Of a DNA stretch of 64,000 nucleotides, positions 38,490 through 50,733 are shown piece by piece. A model generated the notes under the pieces. That model ran no database searches. It was given only the letters and a program-made list of their open reading frames with translations, and was not told where the DNA came from. Both the position numbers and the translations under genes were made by a program. Numbering within the stretch: position 1 is the first letter of the stretch; each line of letters begins with the position of its first letter. The stretch covers positions 10,230,001 to 10,294,000 of the forward strand of contig OZ024747.1 of assembly GCA_964016885.1 (NCBI GenBank), written 5' to 3'. This DNA is from Eledone cirrhosa. Taxonomy: Eukaryota.

Positions 38490-38616
38490 CTGACAAAACA
38501 GAGAAGGGAGCAGTTTCAGTGAAAAGTTTTTCAAGACAGAAAGGAGGCAAAAGACCACCAAGGAATAGTGTTAACATGTAGTGTTGTGGTGAGTGCATTC
38601 CAGAATGTTGGTGTAC

Positions 38617-38721
38617 CTTAGTGGGTGGTCCTTTTGGTCACCGGATACTGATCTACGTGGAGATGGACTGCTTCTTCTGCGATCATAAGACCGCGATCTG
38701 CTGCGAGAACGACTGTAAGAC
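38617..38721 (-). CDS. SRSF10: SRSF10-like exon 7 (RS domain)
   Basis: Boundaries ctttgtag|G and CTAAG|gtacac. Translates SYSRSRSRSRSYDRRRSSPSPRRSVSGDQKDHPL(R). Confidence 0.88.
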
Positions 38722-39486
38722 CTACAAAGAAAACAATTATGAGGAGGTAAGTTTGCAATGTCAAAACAACTCTCCATACACATGGCAGTTTATTTTACCT
38801 TTGTTAATTACATTCAAGACTTGTTACCAACTAAATATCATAGAAATACCTGACTGACCACATTTACCTAGATATATTTTCATCAGAACTCAGTCACTCT
38901 CATAATTCAAAACCCATTGATTACTTGTTTATTCCAATTGAAATGTTCAATACAATAGGAAATGGGGGACCAACTAGAAATTAGGGTATTTTGGGCTCGT
39001 CATCTAGTTAGGTATATAATATTGGTCACTAGCTCTTTATAAGGTGATATTTAAACATTTTTAATGACTAAAACTTTGCCTGTAATTAGACACCAACATA
39101 CCCAAACCCCCTATTTTAAAGGTTAAAGGCTTTCCATACACATTAAAACTCCTCATTTTAAAAGTTAAAGGCTCTCTATTCACATTAAAACAAAAGCAAG
39201 ATGGTTGGATAACATCCATGAGCTTGGCTGGTCTAGGGGATCCAGCCAGATCAGTTGAGACAGTTGGTCCTGATAGGACACACTGGAAGAAATATTTGAG
39301 GACTCTGCCCCCACAACTATCCTAGGAATAGGTGGGCAAAGACGAAGAAATTTATCATGTACTTACTGATATCTTGACCATAGTTAACTAAACTAGTTAC
39401 TTCTAAGAGAACTACAAACCTAAAACTGGTGGCAACTAAATACTAAGCTATTAAAGTGTGATACTAAGACTAAGATTACAACTTAC

Positions 39487-39522
39487 CGATGTCTGCGTGG
39501 AGATCTGCTTCGACTGCGTCGA
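39487..39522 (-). CDS. SRSF10: SRSF10-like exon 6 (36-nt RS microexon)
   Basis: Boundaries ccttttgtag|T and ATCG|gtaagt. Translates (S)RRSRSRSPRRH(R). Symmetric phase 2-2. Confidence 0.9.
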
Positions 39523-40118
39523 CTACAAAAGGAAACAAAATATTTTAATAATAAGCAGAATAATTAAGGTGATCACAGGATCTTTAATTCTCAGAATCAT
39601 CAGCTCCATCTAAGAAGATATATTTAATTAGATATCACAGTAAAGAAAATATTTCAGAGAGTCATTAATATATAAGATATCTTTACACCTGTACCACACT
39701 TCAATAGTCATACTAATATATGTCTACACTATTACCTCTACCACACCCCAATCAATAGAAATAATTGAACACAACTGGTCAATATCTTATTTACTCTTCT
39801 CGATGTAACAATACAATTGTAATGTTAGTCTTACTAAATTTAAACTAAAGTAGAAATAGTATTTTTAGTACTATTATTATTCAGGTGACATGTTAAGAGA
39901 CAATATAATTATGGGACAGTAACATCTTAACAGCTGACCATGTGGTCAGTGAAGTCACATGGTTAATATCTACGTCAGTTAGGCCCAACATTATGACAGG
40001 AATGTTATCTAGACTTGGTCATGTGGTCAGTCAATAAATAGCCCTCCTCCATGTAACAGCCCTCCTCCATGTAACAGCCATTGTGCTTGATATGAAGAAA
40101 AGTGTCCATGCCACCTAC

Positions 40119-40163
40119 CTTTTTCTAGTGCTGCTACCACCATTAGGACTCCTCGAACGCGAT
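40119..40163 (-). CDS. SRSF10: SRSF10-like exon 5 (45-nt RS exon)
   Basis: Boundaries ctcttccag|A and AAAG|gtaggt. Translates (R)SRSRSPNGGSSTRK. Symmetric phase 2-2. Confidence 0.88.
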
Positions 40164-40350
40164 CTGGAAGAGAACACATAACAGCATACATACCTACACG
40201 TTGATTCCAACTAAAAACTTCTTCACAACAGTCAACTATCTTAATTTAGCAACACAAAATCTGCAATACCCCCAACTCAATCGCAGTAAACAGATGTCCC
40301 TAGCAAAAACCTCTTTCTTCCAAAAATAAGGGCAGTTTGTTGTTACTTAC

Positions 40351-40483
40351 CTTGGACTTCTACTTCTTGATCTGTAACCCCGCCTACTCCCACGTCTGTC
40401 ATAGTAATCATCATAATAACGGCTACGATATGGTGATAACGAACTGCGTCGCATTTTTTCTTTGTTTCTCATTTGTGATGGTG
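40351..40483 (-). CDS. SRSF10: SRSF10-like exon 4 (linker and start of RS domain)
   Basis: Boundaries ttttag|CA and CCAAG|gtaagt. Translates (T)PSQMRNKEKMRRSSLSPYRSRYYDDYYDRRGSRRGYRSRSRSP(R). GDRK-TPxQM is the SRSF10 signature. Confidence 0.93.
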
Positions 40484-40496
40484 CTAAAATAAAATA

Positions 40497-43400
40497 AAGT
40501 CATACTAACAACCAGAAGAGCTCTCCCATACTACAAGTCATACTAACAACCAGAAGAGCTCTCCCATACTACAAGTCATACTAACAACCAGAAGAGCTCT
40601 CCCATACTACAAGTCATACTAACAACCAGAACAGCTCTCCCATACTACAAGTCATACTAACAACCAGAACAGCTCTCCCATACTACAAGAGATACTAACA
40701 ACCAGAACAGCTCTCCCATACTACAAGTCATACTAACAACCAGAAGAGCTCTCCCATACTACAAGTCATACTAACAACCAGAAGAGCTCTCCCATACCAC
40801 AAGTCATACTAACAACCAGAACAACTCTCCCATACTACAAGTCATACTAACAACCAGAACAGCTCTCCCATACTACAAGTCATACTAACAACCAGAAGAG
40901 CTCTCCCATACTATAAGTCATACTAACAACCAGAACAACTCTCCCATACTACAAGTCATACTAACCAGAAGAGCTCTCCCATACTACAAGAGATACTAAC
41001 AACCAGAACAACTCTCCCATACTACAAGTCATACTAACAACCAGAACAGCTCTCCCATACTACAAGAGATACTAACAACTAGAACAGCTCTCCCATACTA
41101 CAAGAGATACTAACAACCAGAACAACTCTCCCATACTACAAGAGATACTAACAACCAGAAGAGCTCTCCCATACTACAAGTCATACTAACAACCAGAAGA
41201 GCTCTCCCATACTAACAACCAGAACAGCTCTCCCATACTACAAGAGATACTAACAACCAGAACAACTCTCCCATACTACAAGTCATACTAACAACCAGAA
41301 GAGCTCTCTCATACTAACAACCAGAACAGCTCTCCCATACTACAAGTCATACTAACAACCAGAACAGCTCTCCCATACTACAAGTCATACTAACAACCAG
41401 AACAACTCTCCCATACTACAAGAGATACTAACAACCAGAACAACTCTCCCATACTACAAGGCATACTAACAACCAGAACAACTCTCCCATACTACAAGTC
41501 ATACTAACAACCAGAACAGCTCTCCCATACAACAAGTCATACTAACAACCAGAACAGCTCTCCCATACTACAAGTCATACTAACAACCAGAACAACTCTC
41601 CCATACTACAAGAGATACTAACAACCAGAAGAGCTCTCCCATACTACAAGTCATACTAACAACCAGAACAGCTCTCCCATACTACAAGTCATACTAACAA
41701 CCAGAAGAGCTCTCCCATACTACAAGTCATACTAACAACCAGAAGAGCTCTCCCATACTACAAGTCATACTAACAACCAGAACAGCTCTCCCATACTACA
41801 AGTCATACTAACAGCCAGAACAGCTCTCCCATACTACAAGTCATACTAACAACCAGAACAACTCTCCCATACTACAAGAGATACTAACAACCAGAACAGC
41901 TCTCCCATACTACAAGTGATACTAACAACCGGAACCGCTCTCCCATACTACAAGTCATACTAACAACCAGAACAGCTCTCCATACTACAAGTCATACTAA
42001 CAACCAGAACAGCTCTCCCATACTACAAGTGATACTAACAACCAGAACAACTCTCCCATACTACAAGAGATACTAACAACCAGAACAGCTCTCCCATACT
42101 ACAAGTCATACTAACAACTAGAACAACTCTCCCATACTACAAGTCATACTAACAACCAGAACACTCTCCCATACTACAAGTCATACTAACAACCAGAACA
42201 GCTCTCCCATACTACAAGTCATACTAACAACCAGAACAGCTCTCCCATACTACAAGTCATACTAACAACCAGAAGAGCTCTCACATACTACAAGTCATAC
42301 TAACAGCCAGAACAGCTCTCCCATACTACAAGTCATACTAACAACCAGAACAGCTCTCCCATACTACAAGTCATACTAACAACCAGAACAGCTCTCCCAT
42401 ACTACAAGTGATACTAACAACCGGAACCGCTCTCCCATACTACAAGTCATACTAACAACCAGAACAGCTCTCCCATACTACAAGTCATACTAACAACCAG
42501 AACAGCTCTCCCATACTACAAGTCATACTAACAACCAGAACAACTCTCCCATACTACAAGAGATACTAACAACCAGAACAGCTCTCCCATACTACAAGTC
42601 ATACTAACAACCAGAACAACTCTCCCATACTACAAGTCATACTAACAACCAGAACAGCTCTCCCATACTACAAGTCATACTAACAACCAGAACAACTCTC
42701 CCATACTACAAGTCATACTAACAACCAGAACAGCTCTCCCATACTACAAGTCATACTAACAACTAGAACAACTCTCCCATACTACAAGTCATACTAACAA
42801 CCAGAACACTCTCCCATACTACAAGTCATACTAACAACCAGAACAGCTCTCCCATACTACAAGTCATACTAACAACCAGAACAGCTCTCCCATACTACAA
42901 GTCATACTAACAGCCAGAACAGCTCTCCCATACTACAAGTCATACTAACAACCAGAAGAGCTCTCCCATACTACAAGTCATACTAACAGCCAGAACAGCT
43001 CTCCCATACTACAAGTCATACTAACAACCAGAACAGCTCTCCCATACTACAAGTCATACTAACAACCAGAACAGCTCTCCCATACTACAAGTGATACTAA
43101 CAACCGGAACCGCTCTCCCATACTACAAGTCATACTAACAACCAGAACAGCTCTCCCATACTACAAGTCATACTAACAACCAGAACAGCTCTCCCATACT
43201 ACAAGTCATACTAACAACCAGAACAGCTCTCCCATACTACAAGTCATACTAACAACCAGAACAACTCTCCCATACTACAAGAGATACTAACAACCAGAAC
43301 AGCTCTCCCATACTACAAGTCATACTAACAACCAGAACAACTCTCCCATACTACAAGTCATACTAACAACCAGAACAGCTCTCCCATACTACAAGTCATA

Positions 43401-44616
43401 CTAACAACCAGAACAACTCTCCCATACTACAAGTCATACTAACAACCAGAATACTCTCCCATCCCATACTACAAGTCATACTAACAACCAGAACAGCTCT
43501 CCCATACTACAAGTCATACTAACAACCAGAACAGCTCTCCCATACTACAAGTCATACTAACAGCCAGAACAGCTCTCCCATACTACAAGTCATACTAACA
43601 ACCAGAACAGCTCTCCCATACTACAAGTCATACTAACAACCAGAACACTCTCCCATACTACAAGTCATACTAACAACCAGAAGAGCTCTCCCATACTAAC
43701 AACCAGAACAGCTCTCCCATACTACAAGTCATACTAACAACCAGAAGAGCTCTCCCATACTACAAGTCATACTAACAGCCAGAACAGCTCTCCCATACTA
43801 CAAGTCATACTAACAACCAGAACAGCTCTCCCATACTACAAGTCATACTAACAACCAGAACAGCTCTCCCATACTACAAGTCATACTAACAACCAGAACA
43901 ACTCTCCCATACTACAAGAGATACTAACAACCAGAACAACTCTCCCATACTACAAGTCATACTAACAACCAGAACAACTCTCCCATACTACAAGTCATAC
44001 TAACAACCAGAACAGCTCTCCCATACAACAAGTCATACTAACAACCAGAACAGCTCTCCCATACTACAAGTCATACTAACAACCAGAACAACTCTCCCAT
44101 ACTACAAGTCATACTAACAACCAGAACAGCTCTCCCATACTACAAGAGATACTAACAACCAGAACAACTCTCCCATACTACAAGTCATACTAACAACCAG
44201 AACAACTCTCCCATACTACAAGTCATACTAACAACCAGAACAGCTCTCCCATACTACAAGTCATACTAACAACCAGAACAACTCTCCCATACTACAAGTC
44301 ATACTAACAACCAGAACAACTCTCCCATACTACAAGTCATACTAACAACCAGAACAACTCTCCCATACTACAAGAGATACTAACAACCAGAACAGCTCTC
44401 CCATACTACAAGAGATACTAACAACCAGAACAGCTCTCCCATACTACAAGTGATACTAACAACCAGAACAGCTCTCCCATACTACAAGTCATACTAACAA
44501 CCAGAACAGCTCTCCCATACTACAAGAGATACTAACAACCAGAACACTCTCCCATACTACAAGTCATACTAACAACCAGAACAGCTCTTCCATACTACAA
44601 GTCATACTAACAACCA
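40497..44616. repeat. Large minisatellite, 38-bp unit, ~108 copies (4.1 kb), in SR-gene intron 3
   Basis: catactaacaaccagaacagctctcccatactacaagt repeated head-to-tail with single-base variants. Confidence 0.97.
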
Positions 44617-44729
44617 GTTCGACAGCAGCAACAAAACACACCAGTGAATCTCAACTGAAAGACAACTCATCACAGCTTAGAAAACTTGAAAGCTGCAGTG
44701 TGGAGAACTACATTTCACTGCCAGACAAA

Positions 44730-44956
44730 TATAGACAATAGACAGTTATGTTCTCTTACAAAGGAGGCAGTCTATATGACAATAGACAGGGTTATGTTCT
44801 CTTACAAAGGAGGAAGTCTATGACAATAGACAGAGTTATGTTCTCTTACAAAGGAGGAAGTCTATGACAATAGACAGGGTTATGTTCTCTTACAAAGGAG
44901 GAAGTCTCTATGACAATAGACAGGGTTAAGTTCTCTTACAAAGGAGGCAATCTATA
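44730..44956. repeat. Minisatellite, ~44-bp unit, ~5 copies
   Basis: Unit tgacaatagacagggttatgttctcttacaaaggaggaagtcta. Confidence 0.9.
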
Positions 44957-45185
44957 CGTAGGCACTTAAACTGCTGGAAATAGCTGCCAAATCACACCTT
45001 AGTGCCTTGAAAAGGCACAAGACAACATAGTCACAAATGTTGTCCTTACATACAGAAGTCTGAAAAAAGATGGGCTGGTCATAGTTGGAATGCAACCATA
45101 GGTTTGTTGGATCAGGAGTGACGTTAAAAACATAAACATAAGGTTACATATCAATAAAAGCCCCAATAAAACAAGTTTTACTTAC

Positions 45186-45289
45186 TTTTTCTGTCTCCTC
45201 TAGCAAATTCAATCTGAAGGTTCTTTCCATAAAAATTACTTGCATCCAGGTGATATAACGCATCATCAGCATCTCTAGGGTCTTCAAAT
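45186..45289 (-). CDS. SRSF10: SRSF10-like exon 3 (C-terminal half of RRM)
   Basis: Boundaries gatac|ATTT and AAAAA|gtaagt. Translates (Q)FEDPRDADDALYHLDASNFYGKNLQIEFARGDRK. Confidence 0.95.
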
Positions 45290-45767
45290 GTATCTCGTTA
45301 AGGATGTGCTTGCTTGGAAAGTTTAAAGTTCCATTTAATTTAAAAATGTGAATCATTTACCACATTTGTGATTGCCAAACCAGTGAATTCCCTTTCTTTT
45401 AAAACACAAAATCTCCTACATACATGCTAAGAGTAAAACTCAAGAAAAAAATATATATATTTTATAGCAAGTCAGCCCCCCCTTCAATGGCCAATATAGT
45501 ATTTGTTTAAAGGATACAAGTTGATTAACTTGAAATTCTCATTTATTCAGTTTTAATATTTTAAATGGGGAGGAAAAAGGTAGAATCTCTAAAGTCCAAA
45601 TGAAGAATTACTACAGGTGTAAACCACAAAGGTCTGCAGGTGGGTTGAGCAAACAATTCAGAAAAACTGAATTTATTACAAGAGAAACCTGCTGCTTTCA
45701 GTAAAGTTGTATAATAATAGTAATAATAATAATAATAATAAAAATAAAAATAGAAATAATAATAATA

Positions 45768-45982
45768 ACGGTTTCTGATTTAGGCACAAGGCCTAAATTT
45801 GGGAGGAAGGAAAAGTCGATTAAATCGATCCCAGTGCATTACTGGTACTTTATTTTATCGACCTCATAAGGATGAAAGACAAAGCTAACCTTGGTGAGAT
45901 TTAAACTGAGAACGTAAAAGGCCATAACTCTATACCACAAAGCATGTTGTCCGATGCTCTACTGATATTATCAATCCACTGA
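45768..45982 (-). mobile_element. SINE family B inside the U12 intron
   Basis: Plus strand reads actggtactttattttatcgacctcataaggatgaaagacaaagctaacc. Embedded in (TAA)n. Confidence 0.8.
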
Positions 45983-46639
45983 ATAATAATAGTAATGGAC
46001 TGAAGTAAAACTGACAAATTGTTGTCTGCAAGTGAAAAGTCATTTTTAACAGTCACTAGTAAACAATAGTGTACCAACATCAAACACTGTGTTGTACTGA
46101 GAAAGAGAAAAGAAACTTATGTAATATTTCAGTCAAATATTCTCGTCATACCCAAACCAAAATCTTCATCTTTTTAAATCTACAATTGTCAAGGTAATTA
46201 ACGTCACAAATGATAAAAATTAATTAATACAGCAGAAGAGGAAATTAATATTCAAACAAACAAAAAAAAAAAAAGAAACATTGTTTGCTTCATATAAGAC
46301 CAAGTGTAAGGTAGATGATGTCAGAGACAACACTATATCCTCCCAAATTAGACAATATCTTAATTCCTCCATCTTCCCTGATGTTTAGTTTAAGGGAAGT
46401 TGCTACAATCTCATTCAAAAGAAACGTTGTTTTGTCACTAGAATGTTTACTTTTACCCTAGATTTTAAACACAATCACTACAAAATACACCATTTTTTGT
46501 ATCTATTATTATTATTATTAATTATTACTATTATTATTATTATTACCAGTAGCAACTCCCCTTAATAGGGGCAATTTAAATATTATTATTATCATTATAT
46601 ATATTTTTTGTAAGATGGGATAGAAAGCAAAACCCCCAC

Positions 46640-47014
46640 CTGAACAGAAACTTGTCAGATGATCCAGCCACAGCTGTATATAATGAAGTAATTGCATGTC
46701 TGGATATTATATCTTCAAACTCTTGACTTGCTTGAAACTTGCTATTTTCTGAATCTTGTCTTGTATTGGGACAGTAAACCAACAGCACTAGACTTCCCGA
46801 CATCTTCGATGCCTCTGGCATGAACCTCCAACCATTACAACTTTGTAGTTTTTCGGTATCTGTAGTACTTGCATACCATGCATCGCTAGCTCTTTGCTCA
46901 AAGCTTGAGGGGAACATTTGCCCGTTTTGTTTGTCTGTCCATTGCTCTTGCTAAGGTTAACCTTGACCACTTAGGAGGAGGCGAGCCTTGTTAGTATTTA
47001 TCTTTACTTGAGCT
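46640..47014 (-). other. Candidate U2-type poison cassette exon nested in the U12 intron
   Basis: Boundaries tctttcgtttctttttattag|AGCTC and TTCAG|gtgggg. 375 nt of non-repetitive, higher-GC sequence with stop codons in all three frames within the first ~60 nt. Confidence 0.6.
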
Positions 47015-47937
47015 CTAATAAAAAGAAACGAAAGACTGGCATAAAAATTTGATCATACCAAAACATTATTACAAACATTACAAAAGGTAAAAGGATTGCT
47101 TCTAAATACATAGGGAGTGAGAAATACAATTATATTTAATAAGTTCAAGGACTTAATGCTCCAGTTAGTATGATTTGTTTATAAAGGAGTGTTGAGGTAA
47201 AATAGGGACAGCTAATGATGCAAGTAAGTGAGTACTTGTACAGATTAAATATTTCATTTACTTATTAAATATCAAATATCAAGATTGAAAATTCAGAAAA
47301 TACATTCACAAGCATTTCAGAATATTATTCAAGAGCTAAAACCTTTCCCCAAATTTCAAGAGTTGTATTCCAGTTTGGAAGTGAAACCATTAACCAGACA
47401 TGCATTATTTTGACAATACAATTTATAAATCCAGTTTAATAGCACTATCTTTTTCTTTCTTGAACATTCTCAGAGGCATTTTTAATACAATAAAAATTAC
47501 ACACAAATTTAAATCATAATCAAAACATTTGTTTTGTGCGTAATAAGGAAAAAGAAATGATTTAATAATTGTCAGTTGTGCAGGTTTTCCAAGGAGAAAA
47601 GCTAACAACTATTCAATGAAATAATGCTACATCACAACAAACCATATCACCATTGTGGTACAATTCAGTGAGGTTTGTCTTAAATATACTCTAATTGGTA
47701 TCTAATGAAAGATTAATCTGGACAACAGTAGAAACAAAATCCTTAATAGACTAAAGAGAAATAGTTGCAGCAATATTATAAAGTTTCCAGTGCCATTTAA
47801 ATGATGGAGGAGGAAGACGAAATATTTTACTCATCCATCATAAATTCAATGTAAAGATTAAATATTTCTCAGAAGAGAAAACTAGAAAGAAAGAAAAAAA
47901 TAGTGTGACAAGTTGTTGTGATAATTAAACTGGATCA

Positions 47938-48126
<189 letters not shown>

Positions 48127-48667
48127 TTATATATATACTTGGATATATATATATATTACTACATTGAGTAGGCAACTTTTTTTTTTTTTTATTTAGTAAG
48201 GCCCTAAACTAACCTCTTGTATAAGTAAAAAGAGATTTAAAACTGTTGATACACAATTTGGAGCAGAGATACATATAAACACCAAACAAAGGTATCCACC
48301 TTCCAATATCTTCAGCCAGACCATTAAACTTCCATGTATCTCAAAAATTGTTATAGGTCATTCTCCCATTCTTCAGATTCCACATCATGTGATTAAAAGC
48401 AAATAAGATATAAAATACAACACTCAGATTGTCTTAGTATTTAAACACAGCCAAGAATATTGAAACATGTCTTTCTTACACCAAAATATCTGTCACATTC
48501 TATCTTTTATTAGTTCTATTTATTGGACTTCATACATGATGGGATACCCTTATTAAGGATTTCACCAATTATATTGATTCCAGTACATTTTCTGGTACTT
48601 ATTTCATTGATACAAGAAAAAGGAACAGAAAGTTGATATGAAAAGGATTTAAACTCAAAATGTAAAA

Positions 48668-48870
48668 GCGCGTAATACTGTCTCTGGTGAGCAGAGATAC
48701 ATATAAACACCAAACAAAGCGCGTAATACTGTCTCTGGTGAGCAGAGATACATATAAACACCAAACAAAGCGCGTAATACTGTCTCTGGTGAGCAGAGAT
48801 ACATATAAACACCAAACAAAGCGCGTAATACTGTCTCTGGTGAGCAGAGATACATATAAACACCAAACAA
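48668..48870. repeat. Tandem repeat, 51-bp unit, 4 copies
   Basis: Unit gcgcgtaatactgtctctggtgagcagagatacatataaacaccaaacaaa. A partial solo copy sits at ~48262-48316. Confidence 0.92.
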
Positions 48871-49531
48871 AGCTATCCCCCTTCCAATATCTTCAGCAAC
48901 CTGCTCACCAATATATATATAAAAGTCTAAAGACTGTCTTGAGCTTGGCAGCTCATCAGGCCAGTGCTTATCCCAGTTTCTGTGATGTAGCGACAGACTA
49001 TAAGACTCCCTCCGGGACAGGACACCAGTCCATTGCATAGTTAAACTCCCAGCTGTTGCTGATACTCATTTTCAGCTGAGTATACTGCAGCAACATGAAA
49101 TGAAGTGTTTTGCTCAAGAAAAAAACACGCAACCCAGTCTAGGAATCAATCCCACAACATTATAAGTCCAACACCCTTACCACTAAGCCATGTACCTCCA
49201 CATCTACTGCAGACCAAAAGGGACTTCTTCATTTCATGCAGTCTCCAATCTCTCACCACAGTGCTGTACAAACCAATAAGAATATTGTAGATATGTGTAG
49301 GCCTTTAGCCAAAATAACACTCACAATCCAACATATACAAGTATGGACAAGATTAGCTTTGCAACCACGTGGTTTCAGGTTTCATCCCATTGGGTAGCAC
49401 CTTCACCAAATGTCTTCTATAACTTCAGCTTGACCAAAGCCTTTACAATGAATTTCATAGACAGAAACAGCAAAATAAATCTTTCATGTATATATATATA
49501 TATACACACACATACGTATATATATATATAT

Positions 49532-49566
<35 letters not shown>

Positions 49567-49654
49567 CACACACATACATATATATATACACACACACATA
49601 CATATATATATACACACACACATACATATATATATACACACACACATACATATA

Positions 49655-49728
<74 letters not shown>

Positions 49729-49739
49729 CATATATACAC

Positions 49740-49892
49740 ACTGTAAACGTGGTTGGTGTTAGGAAGGGCATCCAGCCATAGAAAACCCGCCAGACAGTCC
49801 TATACGAGCAAGACAACCAATCTTGCCTCGAGTGGGAAAATTCCCGTCCAAACCCATGCAAGCATGGAAGATGGACGTTAAACGATGATGAT
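49740..49892 (+). mobile_element. Short element with RTE-like 3' tail
   Basis: ggttggtgttaggaagggcatccagccatagaaaac...catggaagatggacgttaaacgatgatgat. Confidence 0.75.
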
Positions 49893-49894
49893 AT

Positions 49895-49940
<46 letters not shown>

Positions 49941-50454
49941 GAGGTAGACCAAGGAAGACCTGGGCAGAGGTGAGAGCTGATTTCAAATTGCTGAGACACC
50001 CAGAAGAGATGAAAAAAACGGGGTGAGTGGAGAGATGCTGTGCTCAAAAGGACCCATCCAGCACATGCAAGTGTGGAAAAACAGACATAAAAACAATGAT
50101 GATGATTATATATATATATATAAATAAAGAGGGAGAGGGGGTGAGAGAGAATACATGATGCCATACATGCTTAACTTATCTGCCTCTCTTCCCAACCCCA
50201 TCAGAGCAGAGAGGGCACTTCAGTTCAAATAACCTACAACCTCTAGTGCTGGTGCCACAAATATGTATCCTGCCAGTAGGAAAATGCAGACATACAAAAT
50301 GTAATGTTGATGATGTGCATATATACATGTGTGTGTGTATCATGTTACGCCCATTTTCTATACTGGTATGGGTTGAAGGTGGTTTGTTAGCTGTCCTTCT
50401 AAACACCAACTACTTTACACATATATAGTCCCAGCAGTACTATCTCTCCCCCAC

Positions 50455-50733
50455 AACAATCACCATCTCTGCCTCACATCACCACAGCAATCACCATCTC
50501 TGCCTCTCATCACCACAGTAATCACCATCTCTGCCTCACATCACCACCGTAATTACCATCTGCCTCACACCACCACCATAATCACCATCTCTGCCTCACA
50601 TCACCACCATAATCACCATCTCTGCCTCACATCACCACCATAATCACCATCTCTGCCTCACACCACCACCATAATCACCATCTCTGCCTCACATCACCAC
50701 CATAATCACCATCTGCGCCTCACATCACCACCA
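50455..50733. repeat. Minisatellite, 31-bp unit, ~9 copies
   Basis: Unit aatcaccatctctgcctcacatcaccaccat. Confidence 0.92.

Noticed and set aside
40497-44616. CRISPR-like regular array
   Set aside because: Units are contiguous with no unique spacers, there are no cas genes, and the context is a eukaryotic intron. It is a minisatellite.
46576-46970. 113-aa and 60-aa ORFs within the U12 intron as an independent gene
   Set aside because: No recognisable domain, and stops in all frames just downstream of the acceptor. Better explained as an unproductive exon.
49343-50164. Longest ORFs in the track (YI/HT/CV-rich, up to 226 aa)
   Set aside because: Products of (TA)n/(CA)n microsatellites and SINE sequence. 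The same applies to similar ORFs at 2163-2565, 21553-21954, 30467-30984 and 54085-54427.
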